From Ptychomitrium polyphyllum (Eukaryota), in assembly GCA_973851085.1 (NCBI GenBank), contig OZ316775.1:11470001-11534000 (forward strand): a DNA stretch of 64,000 bases. Reading direction: 5' to 3'. Of this stretch, positions 37,600 to 49,230 are shown one piece after another. The notes beneath the pieces are model-generated. The model was not told the DNA's origin. It saw only the letters and a list, made by a program, of their open reading frames with translations, and did no database searches. The stretch's first letter is position 1, and each line of letters starts with the position of its first letter. A program made the translations under genes and the position numbers.

Positions 37600-38232
37600 C
37601 AACAATCATGAGTCATGAGTCATGAGTAAAGCTAGTTTGGACATACACTGCCTTGTTTGTTGCAATGTAGTCTGTGCATGGAGTGCTAGATTTGTTGTGA
37701 AGCAATCGAACGCGATCTCGCTACCTCAGGCTCTCGAATGCAGGTCGGAGTAAGAGAGAGCGCACATGTGCAAAATCTTCAAAGAGACCATCCCGTGGAG
37801 GCCCACACGGCAACTTTCCAAGGTGTACAAAAGCTACTAGACGCAGCTCGGACAGCACCTACCGCATACCTTGCACCAGGAAACGTGCTTGGAGCAATTC
37901 CAGACACTCGCGGGGTCTCCATTTCAGCTTCTTAGAACGGGATCCCATTATCATTTGTCTGAAAGCTATCGTCAAAATATAAGGGCGCACCAGTTTGTCA
38001 AGTTTTCTGTTTCACACTGGAAGTTACACTTGGAAAGTTGGACTGCCTTGATGCATCCACCTCATCCACACTCCTTTGACCTGCAGGTAGTCTTCCGGAG
38101 TAACTGGCAAAGGTGATCGCAAGCTACGACCGCAGTGATGCAGCAGCAAGGATAAAGCATGGGATGTAAGTGCAAGGTTTCATTCGACTATAATCCTCTG
38201 TGTTTAGGTGAGTGTTTGCCATTTTGATCAGC

Positions 38233-38691
38233 ATGGGTGCCTCGGTGATGAAGAGTTCCAGGGCTGTCCTTGCGACTCTGGTGATGGCAGTGATCCTGTT
38301 GGGGACCTGTGCTTCAGGAGCGAATGCAGCGTTAAGTGTTTTCAATGATCTGAAAACCACCATCACGGTTTTGGATCTGCCGGGATGCTGTAATTTTGGT
38401 GTGTGCAAACGTTGCCCACCTGTTTGTAGAGTGTGTCCAAATGTCGTCATTGAGAGCGGGAAGAACGCGACGCTGAACTCGCACGTCGGACCATATCCTC
38501 TGCCAAATCTCAAGATCCAAGTTCAAAACTTGACTTACTGCGAGGCTGAGACCGACCTCCAATACCTTACGTCCACAACCCTACTCAGGGTTGGTTCTGG
38601 TAATTGTGGCAAACCTTTTCCCCAGCCTATCGCAGCTATTATAGTCAATGGCTCAGACCGAAGGGTTACTTGCTTTCAACCGTGTAGCTAG
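38233..38691 (+). CDS. Small secreted cysteine-rich protein, paralog B (152 aa, intronless)
   Basis: Signal peptide ending ...SGANA and 10 Cys in the mature part. It shares AL.V.NDL..TITVL, PYPL..LK.QVQ, YC...TDL..LT.T.LL.VG.G.CG..FP and R.VTC.QPC with copy A. Confidence 0.85.
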   Translation: MGASVMKSSRAVLATLVMAVILLGTCASGANAALSVFNDLKTTITVLDLPGCCNFGVCKRCPPVCRVCPNVVIESGKNATLNSHVGPYPLPNLKIQVQNLTYCEAETDLQYLTSTTLLRVGSGNCGKPFPQPIAAIIVNGSDRRVTCFQPCS

Positions 38692-40598
38692 TGAAGGGTT
38701 CTTTATTCACAGTGATTGAGAGCAACTGGAGCTCTTGTAGAATTCTGTGACAAGTCTGTCACACATGTAGTCTGTAAGTGGAACATTTCTCATCATAATA
38801 AAAACATATCACTGTTCCTTGAGGTGACAAGCACAGATACTTGCAATGTCCTTGATAATGACAGAATTGTCCTTGATTAGTTTTGATGAGTTTTAGATTT
38901 TTCTTCTCTGATGCTAGGAAGCAAGGTGAAGGGTGCATAACATTAAATGCAGAGCATTCAGTTTGAATATGCTTGACAACCTGTACATTGATCCCATGTG
39001 TCTATGTAGATTCATATATTGCATCGTTGCATCTAAAATTGTATGTCGTTGTAAAATTACCCGCCAGGTATCGAACGTTACTACATTATCTTTGCACTTG
39101 ACACCTGATAATTCAGACACCCAAGATGATCTTATTGCGTATGAGCTCTGCATTAAATGAGTTACAAAAATTGTCCCTGAAGATCTTCTAAGCGAGGTGA
39201 ACAATGAACCCTGTGTAAGGAGAATTTTGCTATCATTGTCTGTCGTTTCCTCTCTCAAAATTTGTTGAATAAAGAGTAGTACCGGATCATTCTTTCTAAT
39301 GAAATTTTCTTAAGTGATTATACGAAACAGCTCATCGCGATGATGTGATTGTTGCTGGAGTCTCAAAGATACACTGGTTGTCAACATCCAAGAACATGAA
39401 ATATCATTCGATACATTTATGCTTTGCACCGTTCATGTCCTTGTTTTAAAAGAAAAGCGCGCATTCTCAGTCATCTTTGTTAAGGACCGATGTTTCGGTG
39501 GGGCAGTTGTTGGTGATAAATGGGGATATGCTTCAAGGCACCATGAATCATGTAATGGCTTGAGTTCTAACACCAGATAATTCTTTCTTTCTCGTCCTCC
39601 ACAATATCACATTTGCAAGTGTAAGTAGCACGTAGTCATGAATAGAGAAATTCAGACAACGTCCAAAAGCCTTGCTTACCATAACTGGTAATCACCTCGA
39701 GTAAGCTCGCAAGACCTGGACTGCATGGCTTACCGAATTCAGAAGTTCATAGCTTAAATCCTACAATTTCCTTTGAACAGACCAGCACGCAGATACTCTG
39801 CAAATTTCATGATCATCCCTTACATTCCCCTACAGTGAAATTCTTATCAGTCACACCAAACCAGGCAGGAGTTTATCACCTCACTGACCTGCATACTAAG
39901 AGGATCATTAGACGACCAAAAATCTCACCTACGGCATTAGTATGCAGCTCAAACTTTCCACTGAATGACTAGTGCAACTATTGCCATCCTGCCGTGACGG
40001 CTACGAGCATGTGCTAATATTTTAATGCATGAGGGACGAACCATCTGTTAATTGCGAGCAGATATTTCTAGTTTAGTATTATGATGACTAAATATTATTC
40101 CACAGAGACAACTGTATGTTCAAACTCTCCCAAAGGGCACCGATACAGTCCTACACGTCAACTCTCAAGACGCACACAAACACGTCACATTCAATTCGGA
40201 CTAAAACTCGCCCGGATATCACACCAGTCAACGTGTACATAAAACTGAAATACTCTTCATTTCAACGAGTCATAAACTGCCCTTGCAAGAAGTCTAGTAT
40301 CATCCGCCCCAGAGAAATCTTCGAAAAAAAACCTAGCGGCAAAGCAGCTTCTCAAACTTCTCTACTTCACTACGACGCGTCATAATCAGGTACTTCGACT
40401 ACCTTCATGCACACACCCCATCCACACTCCTTTCACCTGTAGTTAGGCTGACGAAGCAACTGGCTAAGCGGATCACGACCCACGGGTTCTCAGAGGTACC
40501 CGTAAGTATAAAAGTGCTGGATGTGACCGCACGATTTCAACACTCGCAGTTCACTCCAAAACTCATCGGCTGTATTCCGGTGTTGTGATTTGATCAGC

Positions 40599-41048
40599 AT
40601 GAGTACCTCGGTGATGAACAGTCCTGCCGTTGTTCTGGTGGCCATGGTGGTTGTGTGCGGGACCTGTGCTTCACTCGCGGATGCAGCGTTGCGTGTCCGC
40701 AATGATCTGAGTCTCACGATTACGGTGCTTCATCCCCCATCTTGTATTCCACCATGTGTAGCAGGCAGACCCTGCCCGATCGCCTGTATCACAGGGTTCG
40801 ATGTTGAGGGCGGGAAGGAGGAGGCCCTGAATCCGAATGTCCCGTATCCTCTGGCATATCTCAAGGTCCAAGTTCAAGACAGGGCCCAGGCTTACTGTGT
40901 GCCTCACACAGACCTCAATCGCCTTACCGCCACGGCCCTCCTTGCGGTTGGTCCTGGTGACTGTGGCCAAGCTTTTCCCAATTCTCTCACAGCCGTTATA
41001 GTCGACTCGGGCCGGTATGTCACTTGCTTGCAACCGTGTAATGCATGA
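40599..41048 (+). CDS. Small secreted cysteine-rich protein, copy A' (same protein as copy A)
   Basis: Translations in both the sense and antisense ORF frames are identical to those of copy A (offset 6594 bp). Confidence 0.85.
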   Translation: MSTSVMNSPAVVLVAMVVVCGTCASLADAALRVRNDLSLTITVLHPPSCIPPCVAGRPCPIACITGFDVEGGKEEALNPNVPYPLAYLKVQVQDRAQAYCVPHTDLNRLTATALLAVGPGDCGQAFPNSLTAVIVDSGRYVTCLQPCNA

Positions 41049-42299
41049 AAGGGGCCTCGAATTTCAGCGATTGAGGACAAGCAGAGATCTGGTGCAGTCA
41101 TGAGAGGAGGTCGGTGGTATCTCACACAGCTTGTTGGGTTACTCCGTATCAGGACAAGAATGTGCCATTCTCGTGTGAGGGAAAATCGTATGCCCCGGGT
41201 ACTCCATGACGGTGATATTGTGGAGATGATTAATAGAGATGTTATGAGGTTAGAGGATTGCTTCTGTGCGACGAGCAAGCATGGTGTGTTGCGCATTCCA
41301 TCCACGAATACGTATCAAACTCCGTTACAACGTTTCTGCATGATGATGACCTGCACCTACGTCCCATCAGTCTATACTAGTCTTCTTCTGGGAATTGCGG
41401 TATCGCGTTAATCAGTTTTTCATTTTGCTGTGGAGGCATTATGTGTAATTTTTGCTCTTGACACCACGATGGTTGGACGTGGTGGCTGATTGAAGCCAAC
41501 CGTCTGAGCGTGGAATCGTTCTAAGGCTTTGGCTGTCAGTTGCTGTGGGGCCGGCGCACGCTCCATACTGGACAAGCGCTTCAATTTTCTCTGCCACCGT
41601 TGCACTTACAATTAGGATTTAGTGCTTCTTTGGAAGCCTGATTCTCATTACCTCCCGAATCTGAGGCTCGAGACCCACGTTCTGTCTGCCTCGCACAGCA
41701 GAACATAGGACACCCTCGAAAGAGAACCGTGCCACTGCTGCATATGACCGGTGAATTTGCTAGGAATTGCCACCACTATCGACGTCTTAATCCCGCCGCA
41801 GACCGACTAAAAGCACTAACCATCTCTTTCTCAATCTGCTGCGCAAGCTCCGCGGTCGGAGTTAGAACCAGCGCAAATGGACCGACGTCTTTCCTGTGAA
41901 TAGGGGGCTGCGCGAGACTACGCTAAATCGTAGGAAGCGAGAAGGCGCCTGTCTTTCTCGACCCAGACTCGGCACACCGCAGAAATTTTCTCCGCAACTG
42001 CACAACCAGCAGAGCTCGCGCCTGACTGGGCATTGGCGTTGTGTAATTCTGAAACGTCACATCTTTCACAACTCGCAGATGGAAACACATACCAGCTTTC
42101 GGATACCTCAGGTGTTGCGGGCATGCGTCAGAACACAATTAAAACCATAAACGTACCAGCACTGTGAATCTTAAATCATGCGCAACACACTGGCAGGCAA
42201 CTAACTTCAGGGCAGCAATCATGTGAAAGCCTGACGAAATCCAAGAGCACTGATGGCAATCAATCCGATCGATGGAAAAGGAGTCCTGATGAGTCAACT

Positions 42300-45200
42300 T
42301 ACAACAACTAGAAGTACATAGCCAGAAGTCCAAAGCACTCCAATGCTCTAAAACCCTCTATTCGCAGAGTGTCAGGCTCTTGATAAAACCGAACAGGATG
42401 CCAAGAGAACACAACCGACTCGTCGATTTACAAAAAGCCAAGTACAACTATCATAGATCGATAAGCCCCCTTGATTCAATATGCTCTGTCAAGCTCAACA
42501 GCTGACCGAAATCCTCCGGCAGTTCTTGAACTGCCGTGTCCTCCAATGTGAACTCCTCAAGCTTCTTCAGCCCACACACAGAAGCAGGTAACTTCGTCAA
42601 CCTCTCGCAGCCATCTAACCGCAGCGTCTGCAGACTGCTCAGCGACCCAAACTGTCCAGAAAGGTCCTGCAACTGCCTGCAATTACGTACATTCAGCTCT
42701 CTCAAGCTCGGAAGCTGACCAAAATCCTCGGGTAGTTCCTCCACAGCCGTGTCCTCCATTGCGAACACCTCCAGCTTATTCAGCCCACACACAGAAGCAG
42801 GTAACTTCGTCAACCTCTCGCACCCATCTAACCGCAGTGTTCGCAGACTGCTCAGCGACCAAAACTGTCTGGAAAGATCCAGAAAATGCCAGCAACTATC
42901 GATACTAAGCTCTCTCAAGCTCGGAAGCTCACCGAAATCCTCCGGAAGTTCTTCCACTGCCATGTACGCCATTGTGAACACCTCCAGCTTCTTCAGCCCG
43001 CTGACGGAAGGATGTAATGTTCTGAGGAGGTAACAGCTGCCAAGGTGCAAGTTCTCTAAGTTGGACAAGTTTCAAAATGAATTTGGTAACTTGGTCAAGC
43101 TGTGACAAGATTTCAAGTTGAGCCGACGAAGACTTGTTAAACATCCGAAATCGTCATTCAGATTCCGCAGCAGCCGGGAGTTTCGAAAGGTCACTTCTTT
43201 CAGGGCGTGCAGTAGGCTGAAACTCCTTGGAAGTTCAGTTAAAGCAGTTTCCGCCGCATCGAATACTGCCAAGCTTTCAAGTCTTCCAAACTCGTTTGGA
43301 AGCGTTTTCAAGCCAGAGTGGCTCACAGATAGCTCCCTAAGTTTCAATAGTTTCATAATGTTACTTCGTAAATACGTCAACCGCTTGCATTCGCATAAAT
43401 TTAGGTGGTTGAGTTCGGTCAAGTCACCAAGAGAGTCCGGTAATAATTCCAAGGAACCACAGCCTTCCAAGTCGATGTATTTCAGTTTCACAAGCTTGTT
43501 GATGTGCTGGGGCAACTCCCTTAGTTCGGTGCAGTGCCTGAGTATCAGCATTTGCAACTCCTTGAAAGGAATCTGCAATACCACCACACATGAAGAGATT
43601 CAGATTTAAACACCACTGTTATGCTTCAGCTCGTGATTCCGACTCTACCAGCAGTGGGCTTCTAAGTGCTCTTCCACATATTTATCAACATCTGGCATAT
43701 CATTAAACTTCTGCCTCCGGTCGCACAACGCAGCAACAACGGAGACTGTTCACAACCTAAGGCAATCCCAATCATGTGATCACTAGTGAGACATTATCGG
43801 AACAGTGCAGTTTGGCATCTGTACCATGTGATGAGGTGACTCTTTTAATCCTTCCTTCAAGTAATGTACACTGTCGGAAATCTTACCTCCGGCTGGAGAT
43901 CTCTAGCCCATATACGAGTAATGCTATTGCTGTTGGCAAGATCGAGGACTGCCAAGTTTGGTAGGTTCAGAGTTGCAGGTAGTTCTATGTTCGGAAAATC
44001 TCGCCATTGCAACCATCTCAGCTCTTCCGACCAATTCGAAAACTCACCATTCACTGCGCAACCATCTAGTAAGAGGTACCTTAATTCCCTCATCCTCGCG
44101 TATAGTTCAGCTTTGCGGACTGTATCAGACTTTTCGCCAATCACGGAGAGTGCCAGAACTTCATTCGAACCCTGTCCACGCAATATATGCTTCAGCTTTG
44201 GAACATTCTGCTCTTCGAAACTTCGAATTGCCAGTCACGATTCTCAACAAAGCATTATCGACTATTCCAAAGAACATATCCGCAGGATATGATCTGAACA
44301 ATGACCGCATTTGATAGAGCTCATGGTTCATGAATGAGCCATATTGATCCGGAACAAACAAAAGTTTGACCTCAACACTACACAACATGTGCCTAGGAAC
44401 TGGAGGTTATAGATTTAGCCACAAACAACCAACTGACCGCAATTTCAGGTGCTTACTCCCGCGAACGTCCAATCCTTACACATCAGATCGACACGATACC
44501 AACACTCCCCTTCAAATGTATGCACTAAATGCAACAACGTCATGTTCAGAAATATCACCTGCTTCCTTTGAAGAACCTTGGCAGCAACCGAAGGATCCCA
44601 TATGTGACTCCGCATTTCAAGTCTGTGCGATGCCCTTTCTTCTACGACGTTACGCCCCATATCCCGCAATAGATCATGCATGCTTAATTGCCCACCACCC
44701 ACCACTTTGACCAAACACTTATCAATCAGCCTGCTCAGCGACCAACTTGATGATCCATAGAGGCCACTTGACTCCCAAACTCCAATGGTTACCCTCTTCG
44801 GATGCCCAACCATGAAGCAAGCAATATCCAAAACATGCGCTTATCCTCTTCTACCAGGCCGTCATAGCTGATTTGGAGACGAGAAGTAACATCTCGATGC
44901 TTTTGTAGATGCGCAGTTGCTTCTCGCCAATACACCTCATCGTCTGGCAAACTCCTCTTGTCGGACAGGGACCCTCCCATGACTTCCAATGCAAGTGGCA
45001 GTCCGCCGCAGGCTTTCACGATCTTTTCAACAGGATCATGGAAAGAAGCATCCACACAGCCTATGCTGTTCGTCCGAAATGCACACCGAACAAAAAGATC
45101 CAACGACTCACCAAAACCAAGCTCAGCTAAGTCATACAGCTCCCCTTGTGGAACATCCCCAATGATGTTTTTTAAGACGTCGATTTCTCGAGAAGTCACA

Positions 45201-46398
45201 AGAACTCGGCTTCCTCGAGGGAGACCTTTCAGATCGGGTATCAGCTGATCGAACTGTTGCCTATTGCTGATATCGTCGATCACAACCAACACTTCACGCC
45301 TATGGTTCCGAATATGATCAAACCAGTGAGCAGAATTCCACTGCAGCTTCTTAGCATCCACACGAAGCAAGTCGCCCACCATTTTCATTTGCAGATCCAT
45401 GATAGCAGCACCCGTAGCTTCCTTTGCATCACCCAAAAAACACCAAGACCCAAACCTTGCATGCTCCTGGTTGAACACTTCGCGTGCCAGTGTTGTCTTC
45501 CCAATTCCGCCCATGCCGCAGATACCAACCACCCCTACATCGTCTCCCATCTTATGTAACATATCGATCACGTTCCTAGAGGATTCATCCAAACCCACTG
45601 GATGGCGAGCGGGTGCCAATGGTGGAGGTGTGGGCGAGGCGTTCAACACTGCATGTACAATCTTCTCCACCAATATGGCTGTATCCCTGTTACGTGCTTC
45701 AATTAGAATCAAACCATGAACCTACAAAGGCTTCAATCCGACTATAAAGAATCATCCAAATCAACTAGTAGGATCACCTTCAACACCATATCATAAGGAT
45801 GCAACATAGTCCAAAGTTATGGAACACTTCTGGTGCTTCAGAACATCGTACCCGTCATAATCCCTAAGCTTGAATCCAGTTCTGGCTGCAGCTTCTGAAA
45901 GGGCTGCTTTCCATTTCGCCACATCCGGCGCTCTCCCTTTATTCAGATGTGCCCGAAATGCTTCAGCGTACGGTCCATCGTTTGTGTTACGCAAGTTCAA
46001 CGGCCCAACATCATAAAAGACCGGGATAAGAGGCTTCTTACTAGCCACCATGTCACACAACTCATCCAGGCAGTACTTGGATTCTGCATACCTTGGCGAG
46101 AAGATCGCAACATGCACAAGCGCCCCACTTAGAGCCTGATCAATGGAGGAAAATGCCTTTTCTCCCTTCACAAGAGACTTTTCATCCAAAAAGGTTTACG
46201 ACCCGAGCGCAGTAGCGCTACATTCAAATGTGACACGAACGTCTTCTTCAAATCGGGCCCCCTGTGATTCAGGAACACATCGAATTCTGTCGACGTCTCC
46301 AAGCTTGATTTCTCATGTTTTTGTGCTTTTCTGGCACGCAGATACAGAAAACGCCCTGGAAGGAGGGTATCCACCATCCGGCTAATAAAACCACCCAT
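42300..46398 (-). pseudogene. TIR-NB-ARC-LRR (TNL) immune receptor gene, disrupted
   Basis: TIR (FDVFLNHRGPDLKKTFVSHL, IFSPRYAESKYCLDEL, IPVFYDV), P-loop GMGGIGKTTLA, kinase-2 VLVVIDDI, GSRVLVTSR, GGLPLAL, MHDLLRDMG, ELRWLQWRDFP and many LRRs; splice sites intact. Lesions: frameshifts near 46190 and 44831, an in-frame TGA at 43072-43074 and a degenerate tail below ~42480. Confidence 0.9.
42490..43010 (-). repeat. Internal LRR triplication with a 213-bp (71-aa) period
   Basis: TLRLDGCERLTKLPASVCGL occurs twice and KLE.F....AV.ELPEDFG.L.SL three times, 213 bp apart. Confidence 0.85.
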
Positions 46399-49069
46399 GG
46401 TCGGGGCATCAAATGGAGACTCACTTCCTGGCACCCTCCAATACTAGATGTTTTCGGTGGTTTCAATGCCCAACTAAAGTACAGTGAAGCTCTGGGCACC
46501 CTTGAGAAGTATATTGAGTATCATTCCTCTTTCCCTCCCTACTATTATGGCTCCATCCTCCTCCTGCAACCCCTTCTTACAGCTTTTATGAAGTTTTCAC
46601 CCCTCTATCCCACGCCGCTACACTTTTCCTCCATGTCCTCGTCTCGCTTCATGTCCTAGTGGATCTGCTGGTGCTCCACCCGAAGTCGTTAACTTTCTAG
46701 GTGCTTTGGCCCTGAACCTTTCTCCTCCCTCTTCAGCTACTACCTCGCTACCTTGGCGGCCTCCTCAGATTATCAGATTGTCTCACAGTAGCCACACATG
46801 GCAACAGTGCTCCTCGTCACCGTGCTCTACCAAATGCGCTCAACATGGTTGCACTGAATCTCATGGGCATGGCCAACTGGCGAGGCTCCACCGGATGTCT
46901 GCGAGCATATGCCTAAGGAACTTTCAGAAAAACACAGCTCAAATAAGTTTGAAATGAGATCCACACGCATGATCAAAGTCTGGGTATCATCACGGGAGCC
47001 AACAGTTTTGCAAACTGTATAGCAGATGAAACGAAGTTGCTAGAACCACATGAAGACTCTTTACAGATCACGCATAAACACAGCTTTATCACTGAGGTTT
47101 CCAAACGTACTTGGGAAAGAGCCGCCTCCGCATCAATTGTTGAAATGGCACCTCAGACTATATACACCCTGCATATCCAGGGGCTATATAGCGGCAACGT
47201 GAAATCACAGGAGAAGTGAAGGCATACAACCACATACCTCACAAGCTCTGCTTTCTCCTAAAACAACTCCATCACATCCAGGACAAGGAATCCAACCTAG
47301 CAGGTCTCAACATTCGAGACACGTGTGCAGAAGTGGATTCACGACGTGCACCACACTCCACAACCTCCATGTTTCCAAGCGCTGGAGCGGTCGCGCGAGA
47401 CAAGCTCAGCCTCTTCAGAATCTGGCCTCACATACAGCTACGACGTTTTCCTGAAGAAGTACTATAGACCACAGTGATGACGCGGAGAAAGGCACAAAGA
47501 AGCCCAATTAAGACCACCCTCTTCCAGCACGGAAATGCTACGTTCAATCAATGACTAAGCGGCGGAATGATAAGGGCCCCTGGAGCAAATTGCACCGTTG
47601 CAGAGCAGCACTGAAAACCTCTGATGCGCTACAGTAGCTTCTCAGCTCACGCTGTGATCTCCAAACCCTACTAAACCTGTGCAATCAAGGCTTCCGTCAC
47701 AACGCACACTCTCTACAGTTCCCGTCTCTCCCGAAATGCGAGCAAGGACGCTCGGACGATAAAATCCTCCAACAGGGTTTCTCAGACACCATTGTCGGTA
47801 CGACCATCATCCACCTAGAACGATCGGAACCCGGAGACTCCAATGTCGGTAAAATCTTCTCGATATCTACTCCCAGAACTTGAGATAAACAAACCAGAGA
47901 TGCTTGCGCCCGAAACATCATATGGAACAAACTGCACGCTTCGCAAACTTGGAACCAGCACTTAAAGCTCTACTGCACTCGATTCCTTGCGACTAAATGC
48001 TGCGGAAGAGATTTTCAACTGATAGCTTGGAACAAGACTAGATCACCCACTCACAGAGCGACCGACAGCGCTACACGACAGGCAAATCACACATGCCCCA
48101 AACCAGCCCACAAAAGTCCTGCAATCGATCTTGTGAGCGGCTTGACAGCGGTCGCTCAATCGATATCGGAGAATTACAGAAGTGGATGCCGGGAGCATGT
48201 ACATGCTTACCCTTCTCTCTAATGTGCAACTGATAGATGTGCCCCGCCCAGAACTGCAACACCCGACGAAGTGAGGGAGCAAAGGGCGGAGCAGACTAAA
48301 GGACAGCGTGGTTGCAGCTCTGCCCACGGAGAATCGAGGCAAGGGTCGCAGCTTCACCCCCACACTTGTCTGTACCGCGAAGGACGCAGCGAACTGTCCG
48401 ATACTCCGACCCTATTATGCCCCAACATGCTGTAGATGCAAGCTGAGTGGGCAGTAGGCAGCATCTCCACGAAATGCCCGTGTGTGGACTTCAACGATCT
48501 CAGCGGTTGGCCTCCATTTTCCCACCTCCGACTGAGTCTTCCGTCTGCAATTCTCGTTGTTCATATCTCGTCACGCGATTCATCACAACCGATTTCCGAG
48601 TCAGAGACTGCGCACGATTGCTCTTGTCCGACAGTGCGTCTGCCGTCCCGTATTCATCAGCTCGATTGCAACTCAATTGCGCTTTTCCACACTTTCGCTG
48701 CATCCTCGCGTCTCGAACAGCCCCGCTTCCAACCATGGTACGCTCGCCAATCGTCGTTTTGCTTCTTGCCCTAGTTTTTGCTCACGTTTTTTGAGAAGTC
48801 CTTGCCTACTCCGGCGACTGTGGTTGAGGTCGGGAGTTGGGGCCGTCGCGGGGAGAGGTGGTTTCAGTTTCAGGCCATTTGGAATAGGGAATGTGGGTCT
48901 CCTGCCTACTGCGATTGGCGACAAATCTGTTACTCCGTAGCTAGAGCGTCCTTCTCCTGAGGGCATTGCACTGTTAGCTGCTGACCGTAATCTGGTTAGC
49001 ACTTAAACACGATACTGCTTCGCAAGCCACAAATTCTGGAGATCCGTGGCTGACAGAGGTCTTGTGTTG

Positions 49070-49230
49070 TCCATGAGTTTGATTTGTCGTGTTCTGGATC
49101 AGGGTATCACAAGAGTTCGCCTGACGTCGGAACTGCTACTTTGATTTGCAACAGTTGTGACGACCTGCGGGAGTTTCCGCCTGCTGTTGTGGTTGGATTT
49201 CTGTAATCTGCAGATACTTGTGATTGGACT
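49070..49230 (+). pseudogene. Possible decayed LRR fragment
   Basis: Across shifting frames the sequence reads HEFDLSCSG / IRVSQEFA* / TLICNSCDDLREFPPAVV / CNLQILVIG, resembling NLR-type LRR units. Confidence 0.3.

Noticed and set aside
37389..37625. 78-aa ORF with TTLLPTFL repeats
   Set aside because: It is the translation of the 24-bp minisatellite.
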